DNA of 64,000 bases from Escherichia coli (lineage in GTDB: Bacteria > Pseudomonadota > Gammaproteobacteria > Enterobacterales > Enterobacteriaceae). Below are positions 21,036 through 30,870 of the stretch, piece by piece. The DNA is taken from assembly GCF_048403405.1 (NCBI RefSeq), contig NZ_CP183131.1; one strand, given 5' to 3'. The translations under genes and the position numbers were made by a program. Every line of letters begins with the position of its first letter. Position 1 is the first letter of the stretch. The notes beneath the pieces were generated by a model. That model was not told the DNA's origin, made no database searches, and saw only the letters and a list, made by a program, of their open reading frames with translations.

Positions 21036-21299
21036 TTACTTTGCTTTGCTCCGGCCCCCGCATAGTGCATTACCAATGCGTGATGAAAAATCCTTCCATT
21101 CTGGACTGTTCCGGTAGTCATCCTGTCCAGTTGCTTGTTCCTGGCTGGTCGATGCGAATTGATTGAGAGCATCCGGGCACGAAGAGCAGACCCCGATACC
21201 TTCCACTCTATTCACGCGAAGCCAGTGACACGGTTGACCGTTTTCAACACAAGCGTGATCATCGGTGCATCCGCACCCTATACATTTAGCAGTGAGCAT
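21036..21299 (-). CDS. Cys-rich small protein, possible zinc-binding
   Basis: 87 aa with CxGCGC…HxC…C…CSSC. Confidence 0.4.
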   Translation of the reverse strand: MLTAKCIGCGCTDDHACVENGQPCHWLRVNRVEGIGVCSSCPDALNQFASTSQEQATGQDDYRNSPEWKDFSSRIGNALCGGRSKAK

Positions 21300-21326
21300 A
21301 AGCGCCTCCCCAAGTAAATTAACAAC

Positions 21327-21355
21327 ATCATAGTATCATTATGTGATGCTGTAAA
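21327..21355 (-). promoter_or_regulatory. Putative sigma70 promoter TTTACA-N17-TATGAT
   Basis: Same architecture and near-identical spacer as the 19878-19906 promoter; 28 bp upstream of the 21299 start. Confidence 0.45.
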
Positions 21356-21402
21356 TATTAAAAAGAAAGCGGCCATAGCCGCCCTTCCGAAGTAATTTTC
21401 CT

Positions 21403-21900
21403 TTAGTGGTTGTCTTGGCCCTGTTTCCAAGCGACGAATGCCTGCACTAGCGGTACGCCATCATCACTCAAGGCATTCCCTTCTATCCATCCGCCTCGTA
21501 TGACGACAGACTGCCCTGATTCCAAGCCAAAAGGTTCCCACTCAGAAGCCACCGGGGAACCGTCCACCAGCAGGTCGAGATCTTCAATCCATTTATCCCG
21601 GCCATCCAGAGTTTTCCAAACTGAGTCATCGACCCAAAAGGCCTTGATTTGTTCTGGTGTGGCATTGGTCCAATCGTTGTCTTTCCCGTCAGCAAGTGAA
21701 AGTACAGAGTCAACCGTTTGCTGCCAGTTCGGCCAATCTTCTTCGACAACAACGCAAGTAAGCGAGCTCTTGCCATTTGCTCTGCGGCCATCATCAACCT
21801 TCCGGATCAGCCTTTCCAGTGTCGCCAGCTCCTCATCGCAGAGCACGGCCTGTGCATCGCTTATCTTTGCCACGAAGTAACGTGCTTCAAGCATCGACAT
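21403..21900 (-). CDS. Hypothetical protein
   Basis: 165-aa ORF. Confidence 0.45.
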   Translation of the reverse strand: MSMLEARYFVAKISDAQAVLCDEELATLERLIRKVDDGRRANGKSSLTCVVVEEDWPNWQQTVDSVLSLADGKDNDWTNATPEQIKAFWVDDSVWKTLDGRDKWIEDLDLLVDGSPVASEWEPFGLESGQSVVIRGGWIEGNALSDDGVPLVQAFVAWKQGQDNH

Positions 21901-21902
21901 AA

Positions 21903-22391
21903 TTATTTTCCTCCCCAGGGCACAAGTTTTGTCGAATATCCAAGCATTAGTGGGTGCTTCGGGTCCCCCGAACCAGTCACGCCAAATGCCAATACCGGCT
22001 TCCCAGATGCAACGAGCTGCTCTAAAAGCCTGTCCAAATGAACATGCAAAGACTTAGGCAGCTTAGTTCGGCTCCCCCAGCAGGGCACCAAGACATCAGC
22101 ATCCCGAATAATCCTTTCCAAGTGGATTTCATTTTCAGGCCCGACAGGATCAACCGCCGTAGCCAGCTCTCGAACGTCGGTCGCCCGAAAAGCAAAAGCA
22201 TTACCGACTATGAATCGCCTCCCTCCGTTGACCTTGGTAAACCCTATCCACTTTCTGACCGTGTGATCGTCCTCGGTGGCCGTGGCCGTAGAGCCGTTTA
22301 CACCAAAATAACCGAACACAAGGCCTTCGGGTTGCACATCCCTTTCCAGACGGTATCTGTACATGCCGCACTTGCTGATAATTGCACTCAA
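21903..22391 (-). CDS. Hypothetical protein, possibly DUF1643-like
   Basis: 162-aa ORF; weak resemblance recalled from memory. Confidence 0.4.
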   Translation of the reverse strand: MSAIISKCGMYRYRLERDVQPEGLVFGYFGVNGSTATATEDDHTVRKWIGFTKVNGGRRFIVGNAFAFRATDVRELATAVDPVGPENEIHLERIIRDADVLVPCWGSRTKLPKSLHVHLDRLLEQLVASGKPVLAFGVTGSGDPKHPLMLGYSTKLVPWGGK

Positions 22392-22481
22392 AGTGTCACC
22401 TCTTTTTGAATGAAAAATGCCCTTTCACAGTTGCATTTTTTAATGCTGTGATAGGATAAAAGTGTAAGTTGAAAAGGAGAG

Positions 22482-22823
22482 ATGACCATGAAACATGTAC
22501 TGAATATCGCGCTGATGGCTGTTGTTATTCTTGGCCTGGCTATGCTTGAGGCCACCAACTGGGGTTACGCAGTGCTGGCTATCCCGGCAGTGATTTGGGC
22601 CAAGTCGGTGCTCAACCTTCTGCACAAACTGCCGGTTCTGGCTGCTGCTTTTTGGATTCTGGTTGCTGTTTTCGCGTGGCAAGCGGCACTTGTTGGTATC
22701 CTGTTCTATGGCGTACTTGCGACCCCTAAAGCGCCAGCAAACACCAATGGCAAGAAAAGCCGAAAAGCCAATCTGATGGGCACTTACAGCTACGACTTTA
22801 AAACCGGCGAATGCTTTAGCTAA
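22482..22823 (+). CDS. Small membrane protein (paralog of 44971-45333)
   Basis: Three hydrophobic helices; N-terminus MKHVLNIALMAVVILGLAM… versus MKHVVNILLLGMVLLGIAM… in the paralog. Confidence 0.55.
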   Translation: MTMKHVLNIALMAVVILGLAMLEATNWGYAVLAIPAVIWAKSVLNLLHKLPVLAAAFWILVAVFAWQAALVGILFYGVLATPKAPANTNGKKSRKANLMGTYSYDFKTGECFS

Positions 22824-22837
22824 GACTGGCTCCACGG

Positions 22838-23317
22838 TTATTTCTCCTCAGCCTTCCTGATGGGCGCTCTCAGCGCTCTCAGGACAGCTTCTTCAAGAGC
22901 TGCGGCCCCTGCCCTATCACGTCGCTTTGTTAATGCCCCATATTGCTTCCTGATGGGTAGCATCAGCTCTTCGAGTTCATTGCGCTTCCTATCGTCGGCT
23001 TCAAGTTTCTCGCTTCGCGCCAAGGCTTCGGCTTGCTCGCTTTTTGCTTGCCACTCTATCTTGTCGCCTTGCACTTCCCATGCTTTAACGTAATGAGCAT
23101 CATCCAGACCTTTTGCTCCGTTGTCCGAAAACGAGGCCCCTGAGTAAATGCCACCGACAACCCAGCGCCTTTTGCTTTTTCCCTTTGAGAAATACATCTC
23201 ACGGCCTAAAACACCATCGCGCAAAGTGGCTACCGAGATAAATAGCCCAGCGTCCCCTTTCCTAAAGCCGCAGAACACAAACTCAAGCGGTTCGTATAAA
23301 TCACTCATGCTGATCAC
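22838..23317 (-). CDS. Hypothetical protein
   Basis: 159-aa ORF. Confidence 0.4.
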   Translation of the reverse strand: MISMSDLYEPLEFVFCGFRKGDAGLFISVATLRDGVLGREMYFSKGKSKRRWVVGGIYSGASFSDNGAKGLDDAHYVKAWEVQGDKIEWQAKSEQAEALARSEKLEADDRKRNELEELMLPIRKQYGALTKRRDRAGAAALEEAVLRALRAPIRKAEEK

Positions 23318-23711
23318 TCCGAAGAACAGACAAGACCTTCTCAGCTCGCTCCTGGAGGTCTATGAGTTCGGCAGCATCATTACCGCTCAATGACATGTCC
23401 CCGCCATAGAGGCGATACTCAACGCTGTCCATCGCCTGGCGAAGCAATCCTAGAAGAGCATTCACGTTTGCCGGTGTTGATAGGGCGACGGCTTCACCTT
23501 TCAGCTCACGTCCATTAAATTCCGACCACTCGGCTATGCCTGTCAGTTCGCAACAATTTGAGCAGGACATACTGGCAACATTCTGGGGATCGTCTGGACA
23601 GTGTTCATTGATGACAAAGTTCATCTCGTCACTGCCGCACTTTCCACAAATGATGTGTACTTTTTTGCCCATGCTGCTGCCCTTAGTGGAGAGTCTGCTC
23701 TTCCACAACAA
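23301..23711 (-). CDS. Hypothetical Cys-rich protein
   Basis: 136-aa ORF with CGKCGS…CSNCC. Confidence 0.4.
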   Translation of the reverse strand: MLWKSRLSTKGSSMGKKVHIICGKCGSDEMNFVINEHCPDDPQNVASMSCSNCCELTGIAEWSEFNGRELKGEAVALSTPANVNALLGLLRQAMDSVEYRLYGGDMSLSGNDAAELIDLQERAEKVLSVLRSDQHE

Positions 23712-23877
23712 TCATCCCGTCAACCAAGCTGATTGTGGCGGGACCGCAGTTACCCAGCACCTCAGCTTTGACTCCGTTGTTCAACGCGACATAAAGCCGT
23801 CTCGCCCCGTTGGTGACGCGGATGCCTTTCTGGTCGAGTTGTTCAAGCATTTCTTCGTAGGTAATTTTTTCGTCCAT
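23683..23877 (-). CDS. Hypothetical small protein
   Basis: 64-aa ORF. Confidence 0.3.
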   Translation of the reverse strand: MDEKITYEEMLEQLDQKGIRVTNGARRLYVALNNGVKAEVLGNCGPATISLVDGMIVVEEQTLH

Positions 23878-24128
23878 CAGTTCTCCTCAGCAAGGATCTC
23901 GTCGATGAGGTTCTTTGCTATCAATCTGGCATCCAAAGGGACAGCCAGGCTGTCAATTCTGCCTCTTTCATGGGCAACAATGAGTTGCGCCTTCCAAGCT
24001 ATCCCGGAAAGAGAAGCATCAGGTTCTTTACCTGAGCTTCTCATACATCTTGCGTTTCGGTACGCCGCCAGCCACTCAGGTCTGGTTGAGTTATAACGCC
24101 CAAGGCCAGCTTTTCGTTGGAAGCACAT
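23877..24128 (-). CDS. Hypothetical small protein
   Basis: 83-aa ORF; palindromic site and promoter-like motif upstream. Confidence 0.3.
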   Translation of the reverse strand: MCFQRKAGLGRYNSTRPEWLAAYRNARCMRSSGKEPDASLSGIAWKAQLIVAHERGRIDSLAVPLDARLIAKNLIDEILAEEN

Positions 24129-24140
24129 TCATCGCGCACC

Positions 24141-24169
24141 TTTACAGATTCATTTTATGATACTGTAAA
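24141..24169 (-). promoter_or_regulatory. Promoter-like palindromic element TTTACAG-N15-CTGTAAA
   Basis: Shares the catcattttatgat spacer with the other recurrent promoters. Confidence 0.35.
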
Positions 24170-24191
24170 CAATAAAAAGACACCTTGCAAG

Positions 24192-24210
24192 ACTTTCACA
24201 TGTGAAAGTT
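24192..24210. promoter_or_regulatory. Palindromic operator-like site ACTTTCACATGTGAAAGTT (copy 2 of 8)
   Basis: Between 24218-24766 and 23877-24128. Confidence 0.5.
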
Positions 24211-24217
24211 TTCTGGT

Positions 24218-24766
24218 TTACATCTGCTCGCTTGGATCAAACCCCAAAGCCTTGCACACGTCATCCAGGTCATCGAGCGTGAAGAATCCCAGCGTCAGTT
24301 CCCCGGAGCGCTTCGCGGGGTTATAGCGAACTTTGATAGGCCTACCCGTAGCATCGCTCATCAGGGTCTCCAGGCGCTTAATGTCTGCATCCCTGTCCAC
24401 TTCTTTGCCCTTCGCTATCGCCTCAAATTTATGAACCGGTGTCCTGGTATGCAGGAGATCCCTCAGGAGCTTTTCTCTCTTGCTGAAAGGTAACTTAGCC
24501 ACGGCCCTCACATGCCCCAGGGTGATCTTGCGTGGATTTCTGAGCCAGAGTGTTAGCTCTTCCTCCGATAGCGTACCGGCGCGTTTCAGGTGTGTAACCG
24601 TATAGACCTTCTCAATACCCAGATCCTCTCTGATCTGACTGTTTGAACGCCCCTCTCCGCTTAGGAACGCGACCACATAGGCCTTTTCTGCATCAGTCAT
24701 GCCTGGATGCTGGTGGTAGTAGTCAATGGCTTCTCTTGCATCGAGCAGTAGGGGTAGGTTGTTCAT
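24218..24766 (-). CDS. Putative HTH DNA-binding protein, weakly ParB/KorB-like
   Basis: 182 aa; segment …ITLGHVRAVAKLP… resembles the ParB GHARAL region; low certainty. Confidence 0.4.
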   Translation of the reverse strand: MNNLPLLLDAREAIDYYHQHPGMTDAEKAYVVAFLSGEGRSNSQIREDLGIEKVYTVTHLKRAGTLSEEELTLWLRNPRKITLGHVRAVAKLPFSKREKLLRDLLHTRTPVHKFEAIAKGKEVDRDADIKRLETLMSDATGRPIKVRYNPAKRSGELTLGFFTLDDLDDVCKALGFDPSEQM

Positions 24767-24928
24767 TCAGGACACCTTTTAGTCACATGACTATATCGAG
24801 GCTTATTCTACCCCCTATTTTAGTCACATGACTACTTACTGACATTTCGGCCCCCATCGCCGCCGATTTTTCTTGATTATAGGTTTGAATCTATATAGGA
24901 TTGCACCTATATTAAGTAAGGAGAAATC

Positions 24929-25279
24929 ATGTGGGTCATCGAGACAACCGACACCTTTGATGAGTGGTTCGATGCTCTGGATGATACCGATAGAGCAAAC
25001 GTGCTGGCTTCGATGATGGTGCTGCGAGATAGAGGCCCCATGCTGTCGAGGCCATACGCGGATACTGTTAACGGTTCATCCTACAGCAACATGAAAGAGC
25101 TTCGGGTCCAAAGCAAAGGAGATCCTATCAGAGCGTTCTTTGCGTTCGATCCAAAGCGTAAGGGGATTCTTCTCTGCGCCGGTAACAAGACCGGGGACGA
25201 GAAAAGGTTTTATGAAGTAATGATCCCAATTGCAGACCGTGAGTTTGCGGCGCACTTGGATAAATTGAAGAAGGAGTGA
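24929..25279 (+). CDS. higB: Type II toxin, RelE/HigB-like
   Basis: 116 aa; followed 4 bp later by an XRE-HTH antitoxin gene (toxin-first order typical of HigBA). Confidence 0.65.
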   Translation: MWVIETTDTFDEWFDALDDTDRANVLASMMVLRDRGPMLSRPYADTVNGSSYSNMKELRVQSKGDPIRAFFAFDPKRKGILLCAGNKTGDEKRFYEVMIPIADREFAAHLDKLKKE

Positions 25280-25283
25280 CGTT

Positions 25284-25586
25284 ATGGCAAGAACTCTTGA
25301 CCAAATGCTGGCAACAGAAAAGCCTGAGGTTGTTGCCAAAGCACAGAAAGCGGCCACTGAGATGTTACTGAACATCCACTTGGCAGAGCTTCGTGATCGC
25401 ATGAACCTTACCCAGGGGGAAATTGCTGCATCTCTGGGTGTGAGACAGCCGACAGTCTCCGAGATGGAAAAACCTGGACGAGATCTCAAGCTGTCGTCCA
25501 TTAAGCGGTACGTTGAGGCCTCCGGTGGCAAGCTACGCCTCGATGTTGAACTTCCGGACGGCACCCACTACGGCTTTGCCGTTTAA
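25284..25586 (+). CDS. higA: Type II antitoxin, XRE-family HTH (HigA-like)
   Basis: 100 aa; HTH LTQGEIAASLGVRQPTVSEMEK. Confidence 0.65.
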   Translation: MARTLDQMLATEKPEVVAKAQKAATEMLLNIHLAELRDRMNLTQGEIAASLGVRQPTVSEMEKPGRDLKLSSIKRYVEASGGKLRLDVELPDGTHYGFAV

Positions 25587-25612
25587 CTCGATACGCCCCG
25601 TTATGGGGCGTA

Positions 25613-25906
25613 TTACTTCTCTTGCTCTTCTTCCAGCCGTTTTCGGTATATCTCTCCTGCACGTTCCCTGCCATCGTCGGTCAGCCTAAAGGCCAGCTTT
25701 AGAGAAGCATTCCGGTACTTGTTCAACAGGCCGTTCTCCACCAGCGTGTGGCATGACGTTCGGAAGTTCGTTCCATGAATACCGCTCTGGCGAGCTGAAT
25801 TGATCATCTCCAGTATTTTTACACCTGGTACAGGCTCGGCTTTTCCACCGGCCTCAATTGCGTATAGAATGAACAAAACGTCTTTTTGAGTTGACGACAA
25901 TCTCAT
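25613..25906 (-). CDS. Hypothetical protein
   Basis: 97-aa ORF. Confidence 0.35.
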   Translation of the reverse strand: MRLSSTQKDVLFILYAIEAGGKAEPVPGVKILEMINSARQSGIHGTNFRTSCHTLVENGLLNKYRNASLKLAFRLTDDGRERAGEIYRKRLEEEQEK

Positions 25907-25993
25907 CCCTTCCCCTTATTCATGTCTGATATGAATAAGGCTCCCACGAAGGAGCCTTATGTAAACCTTATTCATGTGTCACATGATTAAGAT

Positions 25994-26266
25994 CTAGTTC
26001 ACGGAGTCTTTCAACCCCTTACCAGCTTTGAACCCAGGAATGTTGGCCGCCGCGATCTGGATGTTCTCTCCAGTCTGGGGATTCCGCCCGGTTCGCGCTG
26101 CGCGTTCCTTAACGTGGAAAGTACCAAACCCAGTGAGCGCTACTGTCCCACCCGCTTTAAGCTCCTCTGTCACTGAGTTGATCAGCGCATTTACCGCAGC
26201 TTCGGCCTTTGCTTTGCTAATGTCAGCGTCTTCGGCCACTTTCATAATCAGTTCACTTTTGTTCAT
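25994..26266 (-). CDS. HU-family nucleoid-associated DNA-binding protein
   Basis: 90 aa, [67 protein letters not shown]…. Confidence 0.85.
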   Translation of the reverse strand: MNKSELIMKVAEDADISKAKAEAAVNALINSVTEELKAGGTVALTGFGTFHVKERAARTGRNPQTGENIQIAAANIPGFKAGKGLKDSVN

Positions 26267-26323
26267 CGTTATTCCTGTTTGTTTTCTTGGTTACTGTTTA
26301 CACCTGCATACTCTGGGGTGTGG

Positions 26324-26920
26324 TTAGTGCTTTCTTCGCCACTCCCAAGGGGGAGTTCTCTCCGATTCCGGTAATGCCCAGAGACCTCGCTTATCGGCTT
26401 TGGCTTCGGCCTCCAGCTTGAACAGCTCCGGTGTTTTGGCGTACTGCCGGTACACCCACGCACTCCCAGAACGGACCATTTCGGCATTGACCCATTTGCC
26501 ATCGACATAAAGGTTGGCGACCAGACGGCCATAACGGTCTTTGTCGATTTGCTCGACTTTAATCATTCGACCAAACACCAGATCGGACAACGCCTGTTTC
26601 GCCTTTGAGCCGTAGGGTTGTTTCTTCTCTGGGGTGTCGATTTCCGCCAGCCTTACCCGGTACTGGATTTTGCCGCTCCGGCAATCTTTCCCGGAGTCAC
26701 AGCTTTGTTCAGTCAGGACCTTGACCGTATCACCGTCAGACACCCCCACAACCTTCGCAGTAAAGGTTTCTGCCCATACCTGAGGGGCCACCACCAGCAT
26801 GGCTACCAGGAACGCTGAAACCCCCGTATTTTTCACAAAACCTAACCTCATAATCACTCCATCCAAATTACTTTTTTTTCCCAGCCGGTAGAGCCTTGGC
26901 CCAACAGAGCCTTGTTTCAT
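26324..26920 (-). CDS. Secreted thermonuclease (staphylococcal-nuclease-like)
   Basis: Signal peptide then SNase-like core (VVGVSDGDTVKV…RLAEIDTPE…YGR…); true start probably the internal Met (MRLGFVKN…). Confidence 0.7.
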   Translation of the reverse strand: MKQGSVGPRLYRLGKKSNLDGVIMRLGFVKNTGVSAFLVAMLVVAPQVWAETFTAKVVGVSDGDTVKVLTEQSCDSGKDCRSGKIQYRVRLAEIDTPEKKQPYGSKAKQALSDLVFGRMIKVEQIDKDRYGRLVANLYVDGKWVNAEMVRSGSAWVYRQYAKTPELFKLEAEAKADKRGLWALPESERTPPWEWRRKH

Positions 26921-27081
26921 CCACCTTGCTGTCTACGATTCGACAGGCATCCCAGTTAAGAGATGACCAGTGAGCAATGGCAGAGGCCAACCAGTACCAC
27001 GGTGCCGTAAACACCGGCTGGCCCCCTTCCTTCGTTTTAAATACCTGGTATCGCATGTTGATCCTCCTGTTTGGGTGAGGC

Positions 27082-27984
27082 TTAGGCCTCGTAATAGAAA
27101 TTTTTTGTGTCCGGATAGGGTTTAAAGCAATGAGCCGTGGCTCTCCCCAGGGAAAGCACTGAAGCCTCAGCTTCCGGCGCTTCCTCAGTGTCTTCACGAA
27201 ATTCCCCGCCAAGTTGCTTCACCCATTCGGCAGCGAGCTGCACACCTTCATCAAAGGGAACTTTGTTCTTTTGAAGCACATCCAGATAGGAAAGCAGCAA
27301 GCAGTGAGGCGTAATGACGGCGGTGTTCCAATCGGTTGCGAGCCGTGTTTCGTCCATATCTGCATACCAGGCATCAACCTGATGTTTCAATCCGATCTCG
27401 GCCATCATGCCGTGCTTACCGGCGACCTTTCTGCCTTCCTCTACCACATCAACCGGGGCGTCCCAGTAGAGGACTCCCCCGTCCGCTTCTTGGGTCGCAC
27501 AGGTTGCACCTTGCGGCCAATGCCTCCGTTCCATAACGAGCTCGCAGAGCGTTTGGTTGCCTACAGGAGCCTTGTAGTCCTCATCGAGATTCACCACGAT
27601 GGTTTCCGGCTCCTGTTCAACCGGTGGCAGGTATCTGGCGACCAGAGGCATTGTCAAAATCACAGCCCCATCCATGTGAAAGGATGTTGGAGCCTTCACT
27701 ATTCGGTCCATTACCCAGCACCAAGCATGAAGCAACCGATCCTCTACCTTGTCGTCAGCCTCAATCTCTTGAACGAACTGGTTGAAACGAACCTGACTAT
27801 CCAGAAACAGGCCTGTGCTCTGACACTTATCGCTGATCGTATGAATGAGCTCCGCCTGCTCCAGAAGCATTTCTCGGGTGACTTCCTCCACATCACCAAA
27901 TGCGTCAAACAACTTTGTCATGTAGTCACGAATTTGCATGTTCTTCCCCCTCGGCATCGAATTGCTTTGCAAGCTCAGGATCAC
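27082..27984 (-). CDS. Hypothetical protein
   Basis: 300-aa ORF. Confidence 0.45.
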   Translation of the reverse strand: MILSLQSNSMPRGKNMQIRDYMTKLFDAFGDVEEVTREMLLEQAELIHTISDKCQSTGLFLDSQVRFNQFVQEIEADDKVEDRLLHAWCWVMDRIVKAPTSFHMDGAVILTMPLVARYLPPVEQEPETIVVNLDEDYKAPVGNQTLCELVMERRHWPQGATCATQEADGGVLYWDAPVDVVEEGRKVAGKHGMMAEIGLKHQVDAWYADMDETRLATDWNTAVITPHCLLLSYLDVLQKNKVPFDEGVQLAAEWVKQLGGEFREDTEEAPEAEASVLSLGRATAHCFKPYPDTKNFYYEA

Positions 27985-28156
27985 CGGCCCAGCGAAGGGC
28001 GTCTCCCATATGCGTGAAAGCGCGTTTATTGTTATCCTGCTTATTCACCCTGACCGGCGTCTTTTGGTCACGAGGCTGTAGTAGCCAGTACCCGGCCTCT
28101 TCCCTGATTAGTTCTGCGGCCACCAGAAAGCCGTTCTTCGTTGCAATGATCATCAT
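27926..28156 (-). CDS. Hypothetical small protein
   Basis: 76-aa ORF. Confidence 0.3.
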   Translation of the reverse strand: MMIIATKNGFLVAAELIREEAGYWLLQPRDQKTPVRVNKQDNNKRAFTHMGDALRWAGDPELAKQFDAEGEEHANS

Positions 28157-28701
28157 CAGCTCCCGTGGTTAAGCCAGTAGGCATAGATAGTGATGGCAAG
28201 GCCTCCCGCGAGCACAATGACTGCGGCGGTACGCTGGACCCACTTCGATGCACCAAACCGCGCCAGGTGTCTCCCCAGGAACTGGAAAGGTGCTGTCTTT
28301 CCGATAGCGCGAATCACCCAGGAGATTGCCAACAGAAGGATGGCTGTGGCCGGGTATATACCAACCCCTAAGAGATTCATCTCTCCGACCGCGAGCTGAT
28401 AGATGAATGCCAACAGCATGGCTACCGCAGTCAATACAGCTACAACCTTGGTCCCGTTTCGCCAGTCCCACGCTCGACGTGCGTCACTGGTAAAACTCAC
28501 CATCGAGACAAGGAACGGCATAAATGGCAGGTTCATGCTGGTGGGTTTATCCATGAATGCGTCAAGACCCACAAACATGGCCGTCATCACCACATAGAAC
28601 AACAGGGCGGGGACAAGCATGTCGCGTAAAGACCGAACCTGGTTGGCGTTCGCGTTTTGAGTATTCGTCGTCATTGTGTTTGCCCCTTCAACATTCCCCA
28701 T
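28156..28701 (-). CDS. Integral membrane protein
   Basis: 181 aa with 4-5 hydrophobic helices. Confidence 0.5.
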   Translation of the reverse strand: MGNVEGANTMTTNTQNANANQVRSLRDMLVPALLFYVVMTAMFVGLDAFMDKPTSMNLPFMPFLVSMVSFTSDARRAWDWRNGTKVVAVLTAVAMLLAFIYQLAVGEMNLLGVGIYPATAILLLAISWVIRAIGKTAPFQFLGRHLARFGASKWVQRTAAVIVLAGGLAITIYAYWLNHGS

Positions 28702-29117
28702 AGCTGACGGTGAAGATCAGCGATTACCTTGTACGTCCCCTTCACTGCTGGTTGCTCAAGGGTCTTGAGCATCCACAAAGCAATAAACAGGCTGGAAAGC
28801 AGTGCCACCACCAACTGGATGTTGTGGCTACTCAAATAGACGGCATAGCCGTTTAGGCAGGCACTCAATAGCAACCAGACCCTGGCCGTCATCAGCCCCC
28901 AGCGGTGATAGGTCACGAGCAGGTAGGCTGTTACGACAGAACAGAGTGTCATGGCACCAGAAGTGGCTAGGTAAACGACCCATGTACTGGCCTCGCCAGT
29001 GACGTAAGTGCCACCAACGGAGAAGGACAAGCCAAAGATCCAAATTGCTGCATTCCGGAGTAGGGCATCAACAATGATGTAACTAGCAGCGAGATTGATA
29101 ATTCCGCGTTTTAGCAT
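28671..29117 (-). CDS. Integral membrane protein
   Basis: 148 aa with 4 hydrophobic helices. Confidence 0.5.
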   Translation of the reverse strand: MLKRGIINLAASYIIVDALLRNAAIWIFGLSFSVGGTYVTGEASTWVVYLATSGAMTLCSVVTAYLLVTYHRWGLMTARVWLLLSACLNGYAVYLSSHNIQLVVALLSSLFIALWMLKTLEQPAVKGTYKVIADLHRQLWGMLKGQTQ

Positions 29118-29476
29118 TACCCCCTCCCGTTATTCTGATACCTGCCCAGCTCAGCCCTGAGCCTATTAATTTCTTCCGTGGCTTCGGCCAACTGCTCCCG
29201 ATACTTCTTGAACTGCTGATATGAATGCCAGGACTGTCCTTTCGATACTGACTTCGTGATGGCGGCGACCTCATCCGGCGTCAACCGGGTGAGCTGCTCT
29301 TCCGGATAGATCAGGATGGTGTTGCTGTCCCAGTCAAAGCCTGCGTGAATAGCTTTCACCCCCACTGTAGGGGTTCCACCAATCCCACCTGGCTGGTGGA
29401 TGACAAGCCTCAAAGGCGCTGAGGCCTTGTGTGGATGAAGGCTATCGAGAGCCTCTTTTGCTTCTTGTAACTCCAT
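29117..29476 (-). CDS. Hypothetical protein
   Basis: 119-aa ORF; palindromic site 40 bp upstream. Confidence 0.4.
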   Translation of the reverse strand: MELQEAKEALDSLHPHKASAPLRLVIHQPGGIGGTPTVGVKAIHAGFDWDSNTILIYPEEQLTRLTPDEVAAITKSVSKGQSWHSYQQFKKYREQLAEATEEINRLRAELGRYQNNGRG

Positions 29477-29515
29477 AGATTCACCTCATAGTGAAATCAG
29501 GCCCCGGAGAGCCTG

Positions 29516-29534
29516 ACTTTCACATGTGAAAGTT
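29516..29534. promoter_or_regulatory. Palindromic operator-like site (copy 3 of 8)
   Basis: actttcacatgtgaaagtt. Confidence 0.5.
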
Positions 29535-29961
29535 AATTTGCCTTCTGCTGTCTGGCAGAAACCCTCAAGGCCAGCGCCTTTTGCATGTCGGGCTGCTGGA
29601 AACGCACCTTGGTCCGATCAGGCCAACTGTCCATTTCATTGCACCGCAGGGTGTCTATGGCCGCATCACGGTAAACCTGATAGAAGTCGGTTCCACCTAT
29701 GGAGTTAATTGCCATCATGGCGGCAAACATCGGGTTACTGTTCATGACGCTTGTAAGAGTCTCGGGGGTCATTGGGGTGTCGCATGACTTGTTGAGGGCA
29801 ACCAGCAGGTCATTACCAACCAGGGCACAGGCAGCGCATACCTGTTTGGTATCATCCAAGGCCTTCGCGTATTCGTTGTTTGGCTGAGGGACGCTTGAGC
29901 AAGCCGACAGGACAAGCAGCCCCGCCAGAAGGCATCCCAATTTAGTTGTAATCTTGATCAT
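29533..29961 (-). CDS. Putative lipoprotein
   Basis: Lipobox LLVLSAC at the end of the signal peptide. Confidence 0.55.
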   Translation of the reverse strand: MIKITTKLGCLLAGLLVLSACSSVPQPNNEYAKALDDTKQVCAACALVGNDLLVALNKSCDTPMTPETLTSVMNSNPMFAAMMAINSIGGTDFYQVYRDAAIDTLRCNEMDSWPDRTKVRFQQPDMQKALALRVSARQQKAN

Positions 29962-29974
29962 CAGTTCTCACTCC

Positions 29975-29994
29975 ACTTTCACATGTGAAAGTTT
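29975..29994. promoter_or_regulatory. Palindromic operator-like site (copy 4 of 8)
   Basis: actttcacatgtgaaagttt, 14 bp upstream of the lipoprotein start. Confidence 0.5.
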
Positions 29995-30855
29995 TTATTG
30001 GTTCGCGGAGTCGTCTTGTTGCGACTCAATCATCATTTTTCGCATCACGGCCATGATGGCTTGCGCCGGTTGAGCGCCGCCGAGAAGCTGGCTCTTGCCG
30101 GTATGGTTGTCCACTACAAAAGTGGCTGGTGTCCCGTTGACGCCATAGCTCTTGGCTTTCTGGATGTCAGCTTCAACCTTGTCTTCGTACTTTCCTGAGC
30201 CGAGGCACTCCCGGAACGCATCCAGATCAGCACCAACACCAGTGACAACAGAGGCCAGGTCAGCAACACCGCCACCATTCCCCTGGGTATGGTGGAAAAT
30301 GTCGTTAACGAAGACCCAGAAGCCACGGTTGCCCTTCTGCTCAGCAATACATTCAGCGGCCAGAGCTTCCTTGTGAGCTGCCGGGTTATGGAAATCGAGA
30401 GGCATGTGCTTCCACTGCCAATTCACATTGCCTTTGCTGGCATCCACAATTTGTTTGGGTGTGTCGTGGAATCGCTTGCAGAATGGGCACTCCATATCGG
30501 AGAACTCCACCAGCGTGAACCGAGCACCAAGGTCCCCGTAGATGTGTTTGCCTTCTTCGACCTTCTCAGGTGCTGCCTCGAACTGGGCATACTTCTGATC
30601 GATGTCGGCTTGTTGTTTCTGCGCGACAAACTTGTTGATGCTTTCGGCCACAGCAGCTTCAAACTCTGCCTTGCTTTTGAAGGTGACGCCTTCGGCATCC
30701 TTCACCTGGTTGACCGTAGACTTCACGTTGGCGATCTCTTGCGCCAGATCCTTCTCTTTCACGAACTGGTAGATCCCGAACCCGGTTCCTACGAGCCCCA
30801 AAAGAATGGCGGCAACAACCCCGAGACGTAGGGATTTGGTACTTTGTTCTGTCAT
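29995..30855 (-). CDS. Thioredoxin-fold thiol:disulfide oxidoreductase (DsbA/DsbC-like)
   Basis: N-terminal TM anchor then CPFC active-site motif. Confidence 0.75.
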   Translation of the reverse strand: MTEQSTKSLRLGVVAAILLGLVGTGFGIYQFVKEKDLAQEIANVKSTVNQVKDAEGVTFKSKAEFEAAVAESINKFVAQKQQADIDQKYAQFEAAPEKVEEGKHIYGDLGARFTLVEFSDMECPFCKRFHDTPKQIVDASKGNVNWQWKHMPLDFHNPAAHKEALAAECIAEQKGNRGFWVFVNDIFHHTQGNGGGVADLASVVTGVGADLDAFRECLGSGKYEDKVEADIQKAKSYGVNGTPATFVVDNHTGKSQLLGGAQPAQAIMAVMRKMMIESQQDDSANQ

Positions 30856-30870
30856 ATCAAACTGCTCCTA

